A stretch of 32,000 bases of DNA from Anaerosporobacter mobilis DSM 15930 (GTDB taxonomy: Bacteria; Bacillota; Clostridia; Lachnospirales; Lachnospiraceae): the NCBI RefSeq assembly GCF_900142955.1, contig NZ_FRCP01000006.1, forward strand, positions 232,583-264,582, given 5' to 3'. The position numbers and the translations under genes are program-made. Position 1 is the stretch's first letter. The number at the start of each line of letters is the position of its first letter. Positions 24,146 through 32,000 of the stretch are shown here, one piece after another. The notes beneath the pieces were generated by a model. It was not told where the DNA came from and made no database searches. It worked only from the letters and a program-made list of their open reading frames with translations.

Positions 24146-25867
24146 ATGGGCTATAAAAATTTTAATTCAAGTGTGTATTGTCCTGTGTTTTCTATTGCTA
24201 ACATTCAGGACTTTACTACATTTGAAAAACACTTCGATGAACTTGTAAAACATACTAACGTGGGCAAAGTTTATCTCGAGACTTATCGAGGCGGTAACAT
24301 GTTAATAGAAGAGGAACTACTAAAACTGAAATCATTCTTTGAATCAAAAGGTATGAAACTTGCAGGTGGTATCACTACTGAAGATGAAGACCATGGTGAT
24401 GGTGGATTTCATCCTTTCTGCTACACTTCTAGCCAAACAAGAGAGAAGCTCAAATCTATTGTTACGCTTACTTCCAAACTGTTTGATGAGTTTATCTTAG
24501 ATGATTTCTACTTTACAAACTGTCGTTGCCCAAGATGTATCGAAACAAAGGGAACTCGTTCTTGGACACAATTTCGTCTAGATTTGATGAAAGATATCTC
24601 CGAAAATGCTATCGTTAAGACAGCGAAAGAAGTAAATCCCAATGTCAAAGCAATTATCAAATACCCTAACTGGTATGAGCATTATCAAGATGCTGGATAT
24701 AATCTAGAAGATGAACCACTTATCTTCGATTATATATACACTGGAACAGAAACCAGAAACCCTATGTATTCACAGCAGCATCTACCTAAATATCTTAGTT
24801 ACTTTATCGTTCGCTATTTAGAACATGTAAAGCCTGGAAAAAACCTAGGTGGTTGGTTTGATCCATATGAATGCACCTATAACCTGACTTCTTATCTAGA
24901 TCAGGCTTATCTTACCCTATTTGCCAAAGCGAAGGAAGCTATGTTATTCAATCTATCATCCTTAACCAAAGATCCTACCTTTCATAACTTTGCACCTGCA
25001 GTAGGACGAATGATGGAGGATGTTGACGGATATCTTCAATTATTAGGAACTCCAACAGGTGTGGCAACCTACCTTCCATACCATAGCCACGGCGAAGACT
25101 TTTTACACAATTATATTGGTATGTGTGGTATTCCGCTTGACCCTTATCCAACATACCCTAGCGAAGCTAAGAATATTCTATTAACAGCAAATGCGGCTTG
25201 CGATCCTGAGATTATAGAGAAAGTTAAGAAGAGTTTGATGCATGGTGCTGATGTTATGGTGACTTCCGGTTTTGTAGAAAAACTTGGTGATGACTTCCTT
25301 GAATTCATGCATGTCACTTATACCTCTAGAAAAGCACTTGTAAACTCCTACGCATATTCCCCTAATGGCGGAGTATCTTATGGCGGACATGTAGAGACTT
25401 CTAACAAGATTCTAATACCTCAACTTGAGTTCTTTACCAACGATGTGTGGGAATTAATTGGAGGTTTAGGAACGGATAACAACTTCCCTATCCTATTAAA
25501 AACCAAGTACGGAAACGGTCGTATGTTTATCGTTACTATTCCAGATGATTTTGGCGATTTATACAACTACCCTGAAACAATTCTTAACACAATACGAGAA
25601 TCCATTCAAGATCAGATGCGTGTACGTCTACAATCACGATCAAACGTAACGCTCTTTACGTATGATAATGATACTTTCATCGTCCGTTCATTCAATCCAT
25701 TCATACATAACATCTCTATCGTTATTAACGAGGAAGATGTTGTCCTATATGATTTGGAAAGAGAACGGGAAGTTACTGGTACCTCAATTAATGGAGAAAC
25801 TATCTTTTCAGTTGAAGCATATCCATCTACTAATATGGTATATCAAATCAAGCGATTAAATCCTTAA
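24146..25867 (+). CDS. Uncharacterised cytoplasmic protein; weak resemblance to TIM-barrel glycoside-hydrolase-like proteins (speculative)
   Basis: 573-aa ORF. Strong RBS AAGGAGG is present and there is no signal peptide. It is a monocistronic unit between two terminators. I recognise no confident family motif. Confidence 0.7.
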   Translation: MGYKNFNSSVYCPVFSIANIQDFTTFEKHFDELVKHTNVGKVYLETYRGGNMLIEEELLKLKSFFESKGMKLAGGITTEDEDHGDGGFHPFCYTSSQTREKLKSIVTLTSKLFDEFILDDFYFTNCRCPRCIETKGTRSWTQFRLDLMKDISENAIVKTAKEVNPNVKAIIKYPNWYEHYQDAGYNLEDEPLIFDYIYTGTETRNPMYSQQHLPKYLSYFIVRYLEHVKPGKNLGGWFDPYECTYNLTSYLDQAYLTLFAKAKEAMLFNLSSLTKDPTFHNFAPAVGRMMEDVDGYLQLLGTPTGVATYLPYHSHGEDFLHNYIGMCGIPLDPYPTYPSEAKNILLTANAACDPEIIEKVKKSLMHGADVMVTSGFVEKLGDDFLEFMHVTYTSRKALVNSYAYSPNGGVSYGGHVETSNKILIPQLEFFTNDVWELIGGLGTDNNFPILLKTKYGNGRMFIVTIPDDFGDLYNYPETILNTIRESIQDQMRVRLQSRSNVTLFTYDNDTFIVRSFNPFIHNISIVINEEDVVLYDLEREREVTGTSINGETIFSVEAYPSTNMVYQIKRLNP

Positions 25868-25906
25868 TCACAATAAGTAACAGTAGGTAATAAATACAAC
25901 ATAAAA

Positions 25907-25985
25907 AGACAATCTTTTAAATGGTTTTATACGGTTTCGTGGATATGAAATATCCGCAAATTCGTACAAATCATAAAGATTGTCT
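25907..25985. terminator. Two-tier hairpin between convergent genes (candidate bidirectional terminator)
   Basis: Outer 11-bp stem agacaatcttt / aaagattgtct, flanked by an A-run and a T-run. The inner hairpin is gtggatat-gaa-atatccgc. Confidence 0.5.
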
Positions 25986-25991
25986 GTTTTA

Positions 25992-27326
25992 TTATGCATC
26001 TACAAACCCAGCTTTGGCTCTCCATTTACCACTTGCAAATCTCCACACAAAGAAGCAAACACGGAAAATCCAATCCATAACCATAGCCATCCATACGCCT
26101 AACGCTCCATATCCTAACCATACTCCTAATATATAACTGAATAGAATACGAAACGCAAACATAGAAAAGATTGATAGAATCATGGCGAATTTCACATCGT
26201 TACATGCCCTTAACGCATTCGGTAAGGTGAAGGAAGCTGGCCACAAGAATATCGCCATACCATTATGAATAAAAATTAATATATACGCTAATTTACTAGT
26301 CTCTGGTGATAAGGAAAACAATTGCAAGATCAAAGGTAATGCAAGTAAGATGCAAGTATTCGCCACTGCTGTTATTGCATATGTAATCTTTAATATCTTC
26401 TTCGTATAATATTTAACCTGTTTTTCGTCATGGGCACCTACGCATTGCCCGACTACTGTAATCATTGCAAGACTCATAGCTTGACCTGCTATACAACCCA
26501 TACTATCAATGGTATTAGCAACTCCATTAGCTGCTATCTGTATCGTACCAAATCGTGCAATTATACTAACTACGATTACACGTCCAAACTGAAACAATCC
26601 ACTCTCTATTCCACTTGGAATTCCGATATATAAGATTCTCTTAATCATATACCAATCGGGCCGTATACTTCTACCCACCAGATGTACCTCATTCTTTTTA
26701 TTACATAACAAGAAAAACATAATACCTGCTGCCACCGACCTAGATAGTAACGACGGTATTGCTACCCCCTCAACCCCCATCTTGCAGCCGTAGATAAAGA
26801 TTGCATTGCCAGCTATATTTATTATATTCATAAGAATAGACACCTTCATTGATAACTTCGAGTTACCCATGGCACGGAACAATGCGGCACTAGAATTATA
26901 GATAGCTAGAAACGGGAAGGATAAAGCAGTTACTATAAAATAGGTTGATGCATTGCTCATAACATCTTCCTCTATCGATCCAAACAATACGGATAGTATG
27001 GTTTTCCTGAATAAGATCGAAAGAATCATTACAACTGTTGAAATGGTTAGCGCAATCAACAGTAATTGTTTTGCTGACCTACATGCCTTATCTTTTCTCT
27101 TTGCACCAATAAACTGTGCTGTTACTACAGCTCCTCCTGTCGCTAATGCAGCAAAGACTGCGATAATAAGATTATTGATCATATCAACAAGCGAGACACC
27201 CGATATGGCTGCCTCGCCTACTGTTGACACCATGACTACATCGGCCATTCCAACCGTTACAGCCAGTACCTGTTCAATAATCAATGGTACTATTAATTTC
27301 TTTAAGCTACTTTTTGAAAATAACAT
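25992..27326 (-). CDS. MATE-family efflux transporter
   Basis: 444 aa, about 12 hydrophobic segments, and an N-terminus LIVPLIIEQVLAVTVGMADVVMVSTVGEAAISGVSLV typical of the MATE/NorM-DinF family. Confidence 0.85.
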   Translation of the reverse strand: MLFSKSSLKKLIVPLIIEQVLAVTVGMADVVMVSTVGEAAISGVSLVDMINNLIIAVFAALATGGAVVTAQFIGAKRKDKACRSAKQLLLIALTISTVVMILSILFRKTILSVLFGSIEEDVMSNASTYFIVTALSFPFLAIYNSSAALFRAMGNSKLSMKVSILMNIINIAGNAIFIYGCKMGVEGVAIPSLLSRSVAAGIMFFLLCNKKNEVHLVGRSIRPDWYMIKRILYIGIPSGIESGLFQFGRVIVVSIIARFGTIQIAANGVANTIDSMGCIAGQAMSLAMITVVGQCVGAHDEKQVKYYTKKILKITYAITAVANTCILLALPLILQLFSLSPETSKLAYILIFIHNGMAIFLWPASFTLPNALRACNDVKFAMILSIFSMFAFRILFSYILGVWLGYGALGVWMAMVMDWIFRVCFFVWRFASGKWRAKAGFVDA

Positions 27327-27441
27327 GATATCTCCTACTGTCGTTTTGCAATACGTCTTCTACTTTAGTAAATAGAACTTATCTATTCTATCTCATTCTA
27401 GTCGTATTTTGTCGCTTCCACAATAGTAATCCCCATATTTT

Positions 27442-27693
27442 TTACCAAAAATGCTTTTCACTAGGACAATTGCTTACTTTCTTAGCTGCTCTTACTTCAA
27501 CAAAGCACCCACATTTTCTACACATACCGTTCTCTAGATCGTCACATTGCTTACAAAGAGAAAGCCTTCTTTGGTATTCATTCTCTTCTGTCTTTATATC
27601 GATTGGAAGTAATTCAATATATTCATACATGTTTGCATAATATCTGTCCTTATCAATTTCTGAGAGCAAACATTTCTTACATGCCCAGGTCAT
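27442..27693 (-). CDS. Small cysteine-rich protein (8 Cys; putative zinc-ribbon-like, possibly DUF6171-like)
   Basis: 83 aa with CKKC...CKQC...CRKCGC...NCP. Its ATG overlaps the abfA stop (TAATG) at 27693. Confidence 0.65.
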   Translation of the reverse strand: MTWACKKCLLSEIDKDRYYANMYEYIELLPIDIKTEENEYQRRLSLCKQCDDLENGMCRKCGCFVEVRAAKKVSNCPSEKHFW

Positions 27694-29174
27694 TATTTCA
27701 CCTTAATGGATACTACACTACAAGCAGGTACAGTAAGAATTAACTTATCTCCTTCTACTCTATATCCCTCATAACTTACTGGCTCCACTACATGTCCATC
27801 TTCGAAGGAATTATAGGCATCCATTTTTGATTGTAATATTTCTGCTGAGCAATCGCCTAACGCTTTACCTACAAGATCTAGCGTAACCTCATACTCTTCC
27901 TGCAAATCACAATTGGATATTGTTATAAGAATACTTCCATCTTCTCTTATAGAAACCGATTGGGAAAGCGCAGGCACAATCACTTCTTCACCTGCCTCAC
28001 AACTGTCTATATAACTGTCAAGTAAAGTAGCCTCTTGATGGTCACGGTACATACGAAATACATGGAAGGTAGGTGTCTTAATCATCTTATCGCCTTCTGT
28101 AAGAATAACCGATTGCAATACATTAACTACTTGTGCAATATTAGCCATCACCACACGGTCGGAATGTTGATTAAAGATATTCAGATTAATGGAGGCTGTA
28201 ATTGCATCTCTCATTGTATTTTGTTGATATAAGAATCCTGGATTCGTACCTGGTTCTACATCAAACCAATTGCCCCATTCATCAACAATTAATCCGATTT
28301 CATGGTCTTTATCATGCTTACTCATAATTTCACAGTGTTTAACAATCAGTTCTTCGATTTGGTATGCATTTTGTATTGTCTTATAATATTCTTCTGTAGA
28401 GAACTCCGTAGCACTACCCTTCTTAGACCAATCACCTGTTGGGATAGTATAGTAATGAAGACTAATTGCCTTTGTATGAAACGTATTCAACATAGACATA
28501 AGCTTATCCGTCCAATTATAATCAGCTGCGTTAGGTCCACACGCGATTTTATATAACTCGTTTCCGCTAAAATTCCTACAAAACGTTTGGTATCTTCTAT
28601 ATTCGTGTGCATAATACTCTGGAAGCATACTGCCTCCACAGCCCCAGTTTTCATTGCCAATACCAAGATATTTTAATTTCCATGGTTTCTCTCTTCCATT
28701 CTTCTTACGCAAATCCGCCATAGGAGAGATACCATCAAAGGTCATATATTCAACCCATTCAGCAAGCTCTTGTACAGTACCACTACCTACATTTCCAGAG
28801 ATATATGGTTCACAGCCAATCTGTTCACATAGCTCCATGAATTCATGAGTACCAAAACTATTATCTTCTGTTACACCACCCCAATTGGTATTAACCATCT
28901 TCTTTCTATCTTCTTTTGGTCCAATACCATCTTTCCAATGATATTCATCTGCAAAACAGCCACCTGGCCAACGAAGTACTGGTGTCTTGATTTCTTTTAA
29001 GGCTTCTACAACATCGTTTCTCATACCATTCGTATTAGGAATAGCAGAATTCTCTCCAACATAAATCCCCTCATAGATACATCTTCCTAGATGCTCAGAG
29101 AAATGTCCGTAGATTTCTTTGTTAATTTTACTCTTACGATTTGCTGCGTTTACATATAGTTTCGCTTGTTTCAT
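27693..29174 (-). CDS. abfA: Alpha-L-arabinofuranosidase, glycoside hydrolase family 51
   Basis: 493 aa. Motifs are [41 protein letters not shown] and [11 protein letters not shown] (acid/base Glu in NEN). RBS AGGAGG. Confidence 0.9.
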   Translation of the reverse strand: MKQAKLYVNAANRKSKINKEIYGHFSEHLGRCIYEGIYVGENSAIPNTNGMRNDVVEALKEIKTPVLRWPGGCFADEYHWKDGIGPKEDRKKMVNTNWGGVTEDNSFGTHEFMELCEQIGCEPYISGNVGSGTVQELAEWVEYMTFDGISPMADLRKKNGREKPWKLKYLGIGNENWGCGGSMLPEYYAHEYRRYQTFCRNFSGNELYKIACGPNAADYNWTDKLMSMLNTFHTKAISLHYYTIPTGDWSKKGSATEFSTEEYYKTIQNAYQIEELIVKHCEIMSKHDKDHEIGLIVDEWGNWFDVEPGTNPGFLYQQNTMRDAITASINLNIFNQHSDRVVMANIAQVVNVLQSVILTEGDKMIKTPTFHVFRMYRDHQEATLLDSYIDSCEAGEEVIVPALSQSVSIREDGSILITISNCDLQEEYEVTLDLVGKALGDCSAEILQSKMDAYNSFEDGHVVEPVSYEGYRVEGDKLILTVPACSVVSIKVK

Positions 29175-29329
29175 CTTGTACCTCCTAAAGTATCTCCATA
29201 TATTTTTTCATGAATTTTATATCTCAATGTTACATAATTGACAAATTGATTACAATGATATATCTTATTATAAAACTGATATATTCTATTTTTTATTATA
29301 TGAATAATCCCATAATGGAGTGACTTAAA

Positions 29330-30121
29330 ATGAAACTACATAGCATAGGTTATCACTACCGAGAAAATTCAAACTTTTATATTCATCGCCCTCATGGGTC
29401 AGGTGATTATCTACTTCTACTCACCTTAACACCTAGCTTCTTCAAGATTAATGGTGAAACCATCTTAACGAAACCAAACTGTTTGATTTTGTTCAACAAA
29501 ATGTCTCCACAATATTATGGCGCCGTTAGTCAGCCCTTTTGTAATGATTTCATACACTTCGACTTTGAAGACGAAGCTGAACAATCCTATGTTTCTTCCA
29601 TTATCTCCTATGATACTTTATATGAAATTCCAACCATGGAGTTGGTATCGAGAAAGGTTCGTGATTTAAGTTTTGAGCATCTCTCAGCAAATAGCAGAAA
29701 AGAAGATTCCATGCAGCTAATCGTAAAACTTCTATTTCTAAAAATCGAAGAACAACTCAAGGCCAATGAATTAACTACACCTTATTCGCCATATTACCAC
29801 GATTTGCTCTCATTACGTTCGTATATCTATAACTCCGTAGATAAGAAGCACACCACACAGGAATTGGCAAGTAGATTAGACCTTAGTCCTTCTCACTTTC
29901 ACGCCTTATACAAAAAAACCTTTGGAATATCCTGTATTCAGGATGTGATTGTTAGTAAGGTAGAATTCGCCAAATATCATCTTACTCAAACCAATTATCG
30001 GATTAAGGAAATCGCTGCCCTCTGTGGTTATGAAAACGATGTACACTTTATGAGACAGTTTAAGAAACTAACTGGCTACACACCAAAAGAATACAGAAAC
30101 AGGGTATCACATAAGGAGTAA
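29330..30121 (+). CDS. AraC-family transcriptional regulator (divergent from abfA)
   Basis: 263 aa. It has an N-terminal cupin-like sensor and a C-terminal double HTH (IKEIAALCGYENDVHFMRQFKKLTGYTPKEYR). Confidence 0.88.
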   Translation: MKLHSIGYHYRENSNFYIHRPHGSGDYLLLLTLTPSFFKINGETILTKPNCLILFNKMSPQYYGAVSQPFCNDFIHFDFEDEAEQSYVSSIISYDTLYEIPTMELVSRKVRDLSFEHLSANSRKEDSMQLIVKLLFLKIEEQLKANELTTPYSPYYHDLLSLRSYIYNSVDKKHTTQELASRLDLSPSHFHALYKKTFGISCIQDVIVSKVEFAKYHLTQTNYRIKEIAALCGYENDVHFMRQFKKLTGYTPKEYRNRVSHKE

Positions 30122-30138
30122 TCCTTAGTGATACCCTG
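30100..30138. terminator. Bidirectional terminator hairpin overlapping the AraC-family stop codon
   Basis: cagggtatcac(a)taagga - gtaa - tccttagtgataccctg. It has T-rich flanks on both strands and lies between convergent genes. Confidence 0.7.
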
Positions 30139-30146
30139 TTATTCAT

Positions 30147-31223
30147 TTATTTGGTTACGGTAACTTTTGTAGTTAGTTTTTTCACTGTTTTATCAGGCAT
30201 AGTAACAGTGGCTGTTATAGTTGCTGCTCCTTTTGACTTAGCAGTTATTTTACCGGTCTTTGACACCACTACAATCTTCTTATTACTACTCTTCCATTGT
30301 ACACTTGCCTTCTCTGGAATTGGTAGAGTAATTTTCTTACTCTTATTCACCTTTAAGGATAACTTCGACAACATCTTAATATCAGATGTTGTTACTTTAT
30401 AATTCTTTTCTGAAATCGGATATTCTTCCAATATCTCTTCCGTAGCAAATTGATCTGTAGCAATATGATCTTTATTAAACGTATTACTACCTTTTAGAAA
30501 ATAATCATAATAGATCCTAGTTCCTCCAATGGGATCATCCCATGTAGGATCAACAAAATACCACTTATTCTTTAACTTAACTATATTCCATGCATGTAGC
30601 GTCTGTACACCATCTGTCTCGGCTAGTCCCGTAATAACTTTACAAGGAATCCCTGCCTCAGTTAACATCTTATAATATAATAGGGCATAACCATTACATA
30701 CGGTACTATTATTAAACAAACCATCATATGCACTGAATTTCTCTAAGTCTGTATCGTATTCCAAACGATCAACAATATAGTCGTGTATCGTTTTCACTTT
30801 TCCATATGGCGACATGCTCCGTACACCTAGAGATTCTAGTTCTTTCTTAATCTCAGCATCAACTTCATTGGTCTCCTCTAATGTCTCATAATAACTAAAT
30901 TTTATAACGAATAAACTTCCATTAGAAGATACGGTATATGATTTAAGTAATCCTTGTAAATAATCTGCATCACTGGATGTATTTTCATCGTCTATCTGGT
31001 ATGCATCCGTTAACATATCATCAAAGTCCTTAAAAATCTTATCCCCATCTTTTCCTATATAAGTTATTATTACTTTACTTTCACGATTTGTAACTGCCTT
31101 ATACAATTCATTGATGAATTCATCACGATTTTTCGTTGTCGCTGCTGTTACAATCTGCGGAAAGATAAGTGAAATCATTAAAAGGATACATAGTAAAAAT
31201 GTTCTCCGCTTTTTAACATACAT
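30147..31223 (-). CDS. Secreted transglutaminase-like cysteine protease-fold protein with a C-terminal Big_2 (Ig-like) domain
   Basis: 358 aa. Signal peptide is MYVKKRRTFLLCILLMISLIFPQIVTA. The Cys-His-Asp core reads CNGYALLYYKML...LHAWNIV...FVDPTWDD. The C-terminus reads VQWKSSNKKIVVVSKTGKITAKSKGAATITATV. Confidence 0.8.
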   Translation of the reverse strand: MYVKKRRTFLLCILLMISLIFPQIVTAATTKNRDEFINELYKAVTNRESKVIITYIGKDGDKIFKDFDDMLTDAYQIDDENTSSDADYLQGLLKSYTVSSNGSLFVIKFSYYETLEETNEVDAEIKKELESLGVRSMSPYGKVKTIHDYIVDRLEYDTDLEKFSAYDGLFNNSTVCNGYALLYYKMLTEAGIPCKVITGLAETDGVQTLHAWNIVKLKNKWYFVDPTWDDPIGGTRIYYDYFLKGSNTFNKDHIATDQFATEEILEEYPISEKNYKVTTSDIKMLSKLSLKVNKSKKITLPIPEKASVQWKSSNKKIVVVSKTGKITAKSKGAATITATVTMPDKTVKKLTTKVTVTK

Positions 31224-31268
31224 CCTATTTTCCTCCTACCCATTCTTACCCTAACGTTAATTGTCCAG

Positions 31269-31655
31269 TTACTTCTTTCGCTTTTTCAAGTATTTCTTCC
31301 ATTTCTTCCTAGTTGATTTGCTTAAATGGTGCTCCATAAGATCGGCTTCAAGATTAGCAGTTTCTTCGTCAACTTCTAAAACTTCTATTAGAAATTTACG
31401 AATCACCTTATATGACTCATAGATATTATTCGCTGCTTTTTCGCCTTTTGGAGTTAACTTAACTGTTCCATAATGTTCATGCACGATAAATCCGTCCTCT
31501 TTTAGGGTATTAATTGCTCGATTTACACTTGGCTTAGATAACCCTAAATATTTTGCTACATCTGTTACTCTTACCTCTTCATGCTCTCGTGCTAGAATAT
31601 AAATCTGCTTAAGATAATCTTCTTGTGATGCGGTAAGTGTATATTTCTCTTTCAT
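31269..31655 (-). CDS. DtxR/MntR-family metal-dependent transcriptional repressor
   Basis: 128 aa. SQEDYLKQIYIL...VRVTDVAKYLGLSKPSVNRAINTLKEDGFI is the winged-HTH of the DtxR family, followed by a helical metal-binding and dimerisation region. Confidence 0.8.
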   Translation of the reverse strand: MKEKYTLTASQEDYLKQIYILAREHEEVRVTDVAKYLGLSKPSVNRAINTLKEDGFIVHEHYGTVKLTPKGEKAANNIYESYKVIRKFLIEVLEVDEETANLEADLMEHHLSKSTRKKWKKYLKKRKK

Positions 31656-31670
31656 TGTACCTCCAGATTA

Positions 31671-32000
31671 TTAATTATCACACTGGTAACTCTTAAAGAA
31701 CTGATTCAGGTTAGTTAATGCCATTACTAATGTAGTGGTTTCTTGTTCTCCTAATCCCTCTATCATTGCTTTAATCATCTTCTCATGGAAGTTCTTATGA
31801 TGTGCATATGCCTCTTTACCAAGTTCGCTTAGTGATATCAACACTACTCGTTTATCTTTTTCACTGCGAGTTCGATTCACATATCCTTTTTTAACAAGAC
31901 TGTTTATCGCAATCGTTAACGTCCCAACTGTTACTTTTAATGTTTTTGCTATAGAAGACATATTCTTAGCTGCTTTGTCTCCAATTGCTTCTATGATATG
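31671..32000 (-). CDS. MarR-family transcriptional regulator; its 5' end lies outside the window
   Basis: The track starts at Met 31961, but the frame stays open upstream to the window edge (HIIEAIGDKAAKNMSSIAKTLKVTVGTLTIAINSLVKKGYVNRTRSEKDKRVVLISLSELG). This is the MarR wHTH and wing, so the true start is beyond 32000. Confidence 0.8.
   Translation of the reverse strand, partial: HIIEAIGDKAAKNMSSIAKTLKVTVGTLTIAINSLVKKGYVNRTRSEKDKRVVLISLSELGKEAYAHHKNFHEKMIKAMIEGLGEQETTTLVMALTNLNQFFKSYQCDN

Noticed and set aside
26953-27375. 140-aa plus-strand ORF.
   Set aside because: It is antisense to the MATE transporter gene and is a mirror-frame artefact.

Overview
AT-rich (roughly mid-30s % GC by eye) chromosomal segment from a low-GC Firmicute, probably Clostridia or Lachnospiraceae-like. 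That placement is inferred from the Bacillus-type long SRP RNA after tadA, the T-box leader on metG, the metG-tatD-rsmA order and strong GGAGG ribosome-binding sites. No homology search was possible, so all calls rest on motifs read from the ORF track or DNA and on remembered family signatures.

Housekeeping content:
- tadA plus SRP RNA
- metG with a Met T-box leader
- tatD-rsmA
- an NrdG-type radical-SAM activase
- a GNAT acetyltransferase

Accessory and carbohydrate content:
- a leaderless GH5 endoglucanase
- GH51 arabinofuranosidase with a divergent AraC regulator
- a DUF885 lipoprotein
- a MATE exporter
- a secreted transglutaminase-like protein
- DtxR/MntR-like and MarR regulators

The standout is a translationally coupled three-gene minus-strand operon (10313 to 3643) encoding proteins of 520, 245 and about 1464 aa. 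Its order, sizes and head motifs mimic MukF-MukE-MukB, also known as MksF-E-B or JetA-B-C of Wadjet. Three things set it apart:
- no JetD/MksG Toprim nuclease gene
- a MukB-sized coiled-coil arm
- a Walker B Asp-Asn in place of Asp-Glu

A 779-aa protein with a degenerate cNMP-binding-like N-terminus sits directly upstream, in the slot after tadA-SRP RNA.

Other oddities:
- a 278-bp imperfect palindrome with a GC-rich core, wedged between the metG T-box terminator and the metG start codon
- two orphan proteins with in-frame 18-bp acidic tandem repeats
- a small Cys-rich ORF translationally coupled to abfA

No CRISPR array, tRNA, rRNA, transposase or integrase was seen.
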